Shown one piece after another: positions 56,297 through 64,000 of a stretch of 64,000 nucleotides of DNA. Positions within the stretch are counted from its first letter, which is position 1; each line of letters starts with the position of its first letter. Under the pieces are notes generated by a model, which was not told the DNA's origin, did not search any database, and was given only the letters and a program-made list of their open reading frames with translations. The translations under genes were made by a program, and so were the position numbers. The DNA comes from Lingula anatina (taxonomy: Eukaryota > Animalia > Brachiopoda), in NCBI GenBank assembly GCA_051362555.1, contig CM120644.1:17940534-18004533 (forward strand), given 5' to 3'.

Positions 56297-59200
56297 TAAT
56301 ATTTAGTGTTAGCAAAAATTTCTTGCTTTCCAATAGTTGTGTAGGAGGCACAATTTACAAACAAAACCCCCCTAGAAACCCATTGCAAATACAGTGATCA
56401 GAGAGAATTTATAATAGGGCCAGCTTACAAGTAATCTGTAGAAGTTAGTTGTACTATATACTAGTACATTCTTTTCAGATTTTTGCTTCATAATAATTTG
56501 AGCATTGTTACTTGTAAACTCTTTTGTTTGTATTAAAATGTTGGGCTCTAATGAATCACGTAGTAATGAGGCAATAACCCAGGCATGAGTTAATTCATTT
56601 TTTTTTTTTCAACTCTCTGAAGGTCTTAGACATTTTTATTGCTCAGTATCTCCAGAAGTTTTTTTTTTTTTTTTTAGAAGATTTGCCCAGAAGTTAGTCC
56701 ATATTCCCATGCATAATATTATATATAGACAGCTAAGTGGGATAAGTAGGAGTAATATATGCAGAATAAATCAGTCAAGTGAGGTGTTTCATTCTCTATC
56801 TGCGTGGAGGAGGTCAAGAAATCTTTACGCTTTTTTGGCAAAGTGGTCCTCATTATTTGAAGGGGTGGAAAACACGGGGGAATACAGCCCAAACCTCTTA
56901 GATAAAACAACAAGCTATCGCCTGTGTATACACCACATTGACCTGACGGGATTATCAGTGCACACACCTAACGAGGCGAAAATTGATATCACCTTGAAAA
57001 AATTTAGCCATTTATTTTGCCTAAAACATAGAAAAGAAAATCAGATCTTATTCTCTGTTTTCCAGCTTGGACACCTAAGGAGCCAACAAGTGGTTTGATA
57101 TTGAAGTAATTTAGTTCGCGAGTTATCCAAAATAGTTTAGAAATCCCCCCCTATTGCCTGCAGTGTTTGGTGCCCCCGCAAGGTTAAAAGTGTTCTGCGC
57201 AAATAATTATACTGTTGCAGATGTTCCAATATATGTTTAGGCTTAAGTTTATGGGTTCACCTTAGTAGGTTAAAATTAAAGGATATTAATCAATAAAGTA
57301 TGTACATTTTCTATGGTGCTCAGAGGGTAGTATGTTTTTACTAGTATTGTTTTATGTAGGGTTTTATGCAAAGAAGTTATAAATTCTTCATGTTTGTATG
57401 AAAATTACCATTAAAAGGTGTACTTATGTGTGTAAGAATAGATAGAAGTGTTTAACCACAAGGAAGTACATGTTGTTTTAAAATGATAAAAAAAAGCATT
57501 GTGCTTGGCTCACCTGATTGTTTTATCATGTAAATCTGTATTATGACTGTGTTGGAATTTAGTTTCCTCCTTATTCAGAATAAGAAGATCCTGGAAGCAA
57601 TCATGTGGTTGAAAAGAAGTTAAAAAGAGAATTTTACAGGGAAAAAAAAAGAGCCAAGGAATAAAGGTAAGGTTATATTCCAAGTGGAAAAAAACATCCT
57701 CTTTGTCCATGTGTTTTTGTTTTATCCCCCTGTCTATTCTTGTTTTGTGAGTTAGGAAATGTTGACTTAACTGGGGCTGGAGATTTCAAATAAAAGAATA
57801 ACATCGGGCACATGGAAGGGCAAAAATGCAAAAAAAATAAGTTGGGAAGGAGAGAGCATGTGTTCTTGGTGCATTTCCAGATCGTTTGGAGCTCAACTGG
57901 GGCCAGGTAATCTAAAATGTGGAACATTTACAATGATTTTTTTTTTCACAAATTTCAGAAATTTTGTTGAGTTGAACAATCTTCTTTCATTGTTTATTGT
58001 TTTTAGTTGCCTGCAAGTACATATTTTCTGACAGAAGCCTTTATTTTTCTTATACTATAGAAATTTCAAATCACCGTTTTACAGATACATTTCTGACAAA
58101 ATGTTTTTAAGTGAAACTTTTTTTTATCAGTTATCTTTTATTTATATTATAAAAAACACTTATACTGTAGGATTTATCCTGAGATTGGTTTAAGATTTTG
58201 ATATTATTTTCACTGATAGGATTAAGAAAGCCTTTTGCCCCTGAGAGAATTATTTTACAGAGTGCATTGAATTTTTACAAAAGTTATTTCAGATTTGAAA
58301 GACACCATCTCAAAACCTCAGCGTGTGTAAATGTTAGTGTTTGAATTGATAACTTGATTGGCATATCATATATATATATATAAATCAGGGAGCATGTTTC
58401 AGAAGTTGTTGCAATGCCCTAAGATGTTTTAGTTTTGCTGAAGATAGGATGGCTTGAATTGACAACAATGTTTCCATTATTGATTCGTGTATTTTAGAAC
58501 AAAAAACGTTATGATTGGTGAAAAACAGGCTCAAAGTGGCATGTTGCAAACTGCCTTGTGTACTTTAAATTTTATTTATGCATTTGTCTTTGATTTGTCG
58601 ACGAGTGTGTTTTTCAGAGAAGAAAGTAGTGTGCATATGTGAACTAATTTTAGACTCGCATTTATAGCCATACAGGTGACAGCAACTTGTGATATATTCA
58701 CACAGAAATTGACAATCATCCGAAAAATGCCCATGAGAAAATAAAAACTTAAAAAAAAAAAAAAAAAAAACATTAGCAGTTTGCATGAGAAAACAGCATA
58801 CAGTTTAATTACAATTTCACATTATGTCTTTACTGTTTCGTGAGTTGTTTAGATGGTAGTGCCAGTTAACCTACGCCTTCACTGATAGCGCTATAGCATG
58901 CCCACCTCGTGGCGTTGAATGTCTGCTTGCAATGATGCTGGAAGTTGCTTCATGACTGTAAGCTCCCAATGGCCAAAAAAATATAAGTCGGAAGGTTTTA
59001 TTTTGGAACAAGTCCTTCGGGGGTTGGTTGTAGAAGGGATTAAAAAAGACAGCGATTAATGGCAAGAAATTGCAGTGAATTTCCATTTGACTTAACCAAC
59101 TTCAAAAAATGACCCATAAAAGATGATGGAATACAAAGCTTTGAATGAGTGGAAGGAGAGGTATTAACTCTTAGCTGGAAGGAAAAAGTTGAATGTGCTT

Positions 59201-60631
59201 GAAATTAACTTTGAGTTAATAAAGTAATTTGTGCCAATATAATTCAGGATTTTGAAAAAGCTACCATATAAAAAGGTGATGCATACATTGAAATTCAACT
59301 AAAAACACCTTGGGCTTATGTTGAAAAAAAAAAAAACAGACCAATCCAAATTTTTACTAGATGGCTGCAGAACAGATCAGACGCTAATTCCAATTACTTT
59401 AGTGCAGATAAATTAGTATCAAGCTTTCGCTGAAGGTACATGCTATTGTGACCTGTTTTGAAAGAGACGTCCTTGTACTTCACCTAAGGCAACGGCGAGG
59501 CTATAAAAACGACAGCGTAATCTTGGTAGTACTCCTGATGGAGGTAGAAGCTTCATTAACATGTGAGACAGGTCCATAAATGGATTATCTCTTTGTCTCT
59601 CGGGTGATGGATGGCCCTGGGTTCGAGTGAGTTCACAGGCTGACGCTTCAGAACAAACCTCTTTGGCCGGTCTGAAATGTTACGTACAAACTGGTTTTTA
59701 ACCCAATAGCACTTTCAGGTTATTAAAGTTTAAAGTTTATTAAAGGGAATGGATTAAAAAAAACTCTTAAGTGACCACACTGAACATGTGATAAGAATAA
59801 ATAGACTATAATAATTTTATAACAGGAAATAAGCTTGACACAATATGTGTATAAATAAACTACTGATGATAACATAAGTATACCCCCCCATTTTAAGGGT
59901 GGGTGGGTGAGAAGATAAAAACAAAGGGTAGTGAGAGTTACTCAGATGAAGATGCTATGTTCAGTTTTTAGAATAAGACTGGGTACAGACGCTGCATTCA
60001 GACAACTTTTTCAGTAATTCTGGCTTTAAACATGTTTTAAAGTTAAAAAGGATCAGAACTAAAATGCATCATGACACAATGAAATATATTTTGCATAAGT
60101 TTTGCTTTGACCTGGTCTACACAATAGGAGAAACGTGACTTAGGGAACAATAAAGATCGGACTTTTGGTCACCACGCCCAGTAGCATAATAAGTCATTGC
60201 ACCATGAAATTGGCTGATTTTGTCAACTTGTTATTCATCATAATCCAATAAAGGAGTTATACACTTGAAAAATGCATCAATCATCAATCAGTAGTAGTTT
60301 AGTAAACTGTGCCCTAAACTTTTCAGCCCCCCCCCTCCTCTCCCCCACAATAACTTATATTGGAAGGCCACAGAAAACTAATCTGAATCAAAATTATAAG
60401 TCCAAAGATGAAATCCATATAAAAAAGACAGCAATAATAAAAAACATAATGATAACCGACTTGTTTTATGAGGTGTTCATCTGTCAAATACCAGTAAATA
60501 GGTTTTCTTTTTATGTGACCTCATTTCCAGAGGGTCATTTCTGCCAGTCTGGCTATTACCTCTCTGATTCAACTGTACTGATAGCATCATCTGAGGTAGA
60601 GAGATCAGGTGAGAGATTGCTACTCAGAGTT

Positions 60632-60888
60632 AGGGACCATTCCCATACCACTATCATACTGACAGGATCGATCTATCTCCGAGGGGATCCACACTAAATT
60701 TCATTCAGCTTAAGCAGCTTACTGTAGATGTCTGGCATGCCTACTGAATCTGCTAAACGATAGTTAATTACCCCTTTCAGTAGACGTGACAGACGTCAGA
60801 GCGGCTTAAGCTGAAAGCAATTTAGAGAGAAACTCCCTTGGAGATAGATCGATCTTGCTAGATCAATCTAGGTATGGGAATGGGGTCT
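60632..60888. mobile_element. Foldback MITE family A, copy 3
   Basis: AGGGACCATTCCCATACC ... GGTATGGGAATGGGGTCT termini with internal GATCGATCTATCTC / GAGATAGATCGATC inverted blocks. Confidence 0.7.
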
Positions 60889-62119
60889 TAATGTTTTGCC
60901 AGTCTTCAGGAGGGGAGTCCAGGACTGCTATCACACACGAAAATGTTAGACCGAAGGTTTGTCTCAACTTTAGCTTAAACCCCATATTTTTTTCAGTCCA
61001 ATATAAATCTGTAGTAGTTTACAAAGGAAAAATGAAGATGATGATGAATATATTTAATAATAATAAATGATGAGGATGAGATTTATTCACAGCTTAAAGT
61101 TCAATGTTACAGTTATGATACTGAATATTGCTGTAATTGTAAAAGATATATTGAAGTCGTTGTTATTCATTTTCAATGACACTTAAGATGAAATTTAGCT
61201 ATCATTGTATACAAAGTCTCAGTATTTCATTCAAGTGGATTAGTTTCATCACCAATTTGTCTTGGATGAAAATAAGGTCACATTTCTCGGTCTGAAGTAA
61301 TTTTGTGAAACCATGCCCAAGCCTCCAACTGTATCTTATTTAAGATCTAATTGCTATGATATTTTAATGTTGAAGATGCTGGGATATGTCAGTGGTTTGC
61401 AGCCATATCTCTCTAGACATCAGATTAATGTTGTACATAGTAAATATTCAGGGTTGAAAAATGAATAAGAATAGAGTGGATCATTGCTATCTCTATTTTT
61501 AGTTCAACTTGCTCTCATTTAAAAAAAGTGAATTATAGGTTAATAAGACCTGTAAGATTAAAGGTCAAATGACTGTTAGAAATGACTGTTTTGTTATAAG
61601 AGACAGCTGATGGAGTACTAAATAACTTATTTTATCATCACTATCTTTGAAAGGTAAAATGTGACATTTTAAAACTTTTGCAAATAAATAAATAAAGGAT
61701 TTTTCATTAAAATAGGTAATATTTTTTTTTAATTTACAATAAATAAGCATGTTTTGTTATCACTTCATCTTTACACAACTTAGGTGTCATACTAAAAACA
61801 GGGTTAGTCATTTTTCACAAGATTCACTGGAGAAGTGATGAAGATTCAAGTAAGATAATAACATATATAGAATGTAAGCAATGCTAGAGGTATTTTGACT
61901 GAAATGTGTAAAAAAAAAGTGACCTGTTTTTACTCTAGGGCATTTTTTGTCTGAAATCTGTACTTTTAAATCTAACAGGCATCTGTACTTTTATGAAAAA
62001 AAAGGGGACAACTGTTTGCTAAGCTGGGAGGATGATAACAATAGGCTTTAATTTAAAGTCATCACTGCTGACAAGACAATAATTTCTCACTAATGAGACT
62101 GCAGTTTTATCTATTATCT

Positions 62120-62133
62120 GTTGCCATGGTAAC
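62120..62133. promoter_or_regulatory. RFX X-box motif
   Basis: GTTGCCATGGTAAC matches the RFX consensus GTNRCC-N-RGYAAC. A second X-box-like GTCTCCATGGCGAC lies at 62329-62342. Confidence 0.4.
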
Positions 62134-64000
62134 AAAGCAGGCTGGGTTCAAAACTTTCACCTTAATAACATTGCCCAGTCATTATGTGCAGTAATTTTGA
62201 TCAAATTAGATGCGAAGAATAACCCTGACATAAAATCAAGACGGCAGCAATAGAAAAATTTCGCTGAAATTGTTACAATGGGTAGGTACGTTTGTCAGAA
62301 TGAATAAATAAATGTTTGATCCAAAAATGTCTCCATGGCGACCAAAGCTGTGAAAGCATTCCTTAACAAGGATCTGGGGGAGTTTGAATCCAGTTCAGTC
62401 CTGGAAAATAAAACTGAAACACCATTCAAATGCCAGACAACACAATAGGTCGAGGTAAAAAAAATCTGATAGAATGTCAGACAGTCAGCAAGTGCAAACT
62501 ACTGCACTTTTTTTCCCCTTTTTGTATTGATTGTGGGTTTTGGACTTTTCATTCAGATTTGTTATGATTCAGTTAATGAAATAAAAAATTAGCTAGGTGA
62601 AAGAAAAAATGGGGAATATATAAAAGTATTTCATTTTTCTTTCTACGTTTTAATGCATGTTTGACAAACAGTTAACCCTTTACATTGAACATTGATTTTG
62701 TCCTTCATAGTACAAAAAGCTAGATATATGTAATTTTCGGGCTTTCTCTTTGACTTTGTCTCATGCCTACACAAACGTGCATGCTCACACTCGCACAACA
62801 CATGCCTGTGAATGTGCACATGCATACGTAGGCAGTTTCCCTCAGAGCAGTCATAATAAAATTCTATGCCAGGTCATAAACTGAAATCAGCCGCAGGTTT
62901 CTCTTTAAGGGGAATAAATTCTTACACATTGTCTTAGCGGCTTGGGTGTTAAGGCACATTTACTTGAACTGAAATATAGCAGGCTCTGAAACATGAACTG
63001 AATATTATTATAATCAGACACTTGCTAAGCTTAAAAGTAAGCCACTTTGCTGACTGGAATTTCATGTGTAGGTGACATATTTCTGAACTGATGAATGATA
63101 AATCGGATTTGCATGGGTGGTGAGTCCTCACAGTGCTGAAATATGGGTCATTATGTGAAGTTTCTTTTACATGTGGTGGGGAATTTTGTTGATATTTGAT
63201 TCCAGTCAGGCCATGTGTTTATGTGTGCATGCATGTGTGGGTGTGCATGTGTGTGTGCGTGCACGCTGTCCTCACCGACACTACAGTTTTATATAAAAAT
63301 ATAAGAATGGCATGCTGAGGTGGATTGTGCCATGATAAACCGACCCAACTTTAGTGGAAATACGGCCAAATTAATGTCCTATTGCACCTGAGATTGTGTT
63401 GATCAAAATGCTGCGCTTGGTTTATGATTACTGAATGAAGCCCTAAACCAATTTAAAAAAACAAGGGTTTCAGACATGCTTTAGGTAATTCAATTTTCTA
63501 TCGCCGTCATGATAGCCGCAATAAAACCGTCTGCCTGGGGGAGCTATTAAACTGGTTGGTTTATGGAATAAGTTGATGAGTGCTCATTATGGCCTCGTTT
63601 ACACAGGCGGTAATGTAAAACATTCCCTTTGGGGGTCCAGCTTTGCCAAATATCAAATAAGTCACTTTGGTTTTGACTGTAGGATTGGATTTGCAGTCTG
63701 TTTGGTGCAAGAATAATCAGTATTATACTTTTAGTCCATTATCTTCATTTTCATCATCATCATTCCCTTAATATTTGAAATATCAGCAGCTAAATGCCGA
63801 GTGTACAGAGTTGTTTCTGTTTCATAAGACTCAGAATCTCATTCGGTTGCAGAACAGTATCAAACGTGAAGCTCAAGAAGATAAAATATTGCTTCTCCTT
63901 TATTCTAAAGCATATGACTTAATGTTGCTTCATTAAGAGACTACTAAATAGATAGATTATTAATAAATTGAAGTAGATTTAGCTTTTCAAACCAAAAATT

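Noticed and set aside
56690-57188. Possible piggyBac-like fragment ending GCAAGG-TTAA with a 129-aa ORF
   Set aside because: No matching left TIR found and the ORF has no recognisable motif.
51430-64000. Short ORFs (60-141 aa) in the distal region
   Set aside because: No recognisable domains and no chain of phase-consistent exons. Consistent with chance ORFs in AT-rich non-coding DNA.

Overview
AT-rich eukaryotic genomic DNA, probably from a lophotrochozoan invertebrate such as a mollusc (inferred from the repeat types). Positions 1-43709 (+) hold about 60 3' coding exons of TRRAP/Tra1, the PIKK pseudokinase, ending at the FATC stop. Convergent on the - strand (44797-50133) is a 12-coding-exon ZCWPW2-like gene. 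Spliced by hand it reads zf-CW + PWWP + an unexpected ARID domain and needs two GC-AG introns. A probable divergent gene starts near 51.4 kb, and 51.4-64 kb is non-coding. TRRAP introns carry three Helentron-type HINE elements (two with satellite-like arrays), a Harbinger deletion derivative, an Academ-like element with a nested LINE relic, a tRNA-derived SINE and several MITEs. They also contain at least 13 degenerate local copies of exon/intron junctions ('exon echoes'). All exon models were made by hand from splice signals and remembered protein similarity, with no database search.
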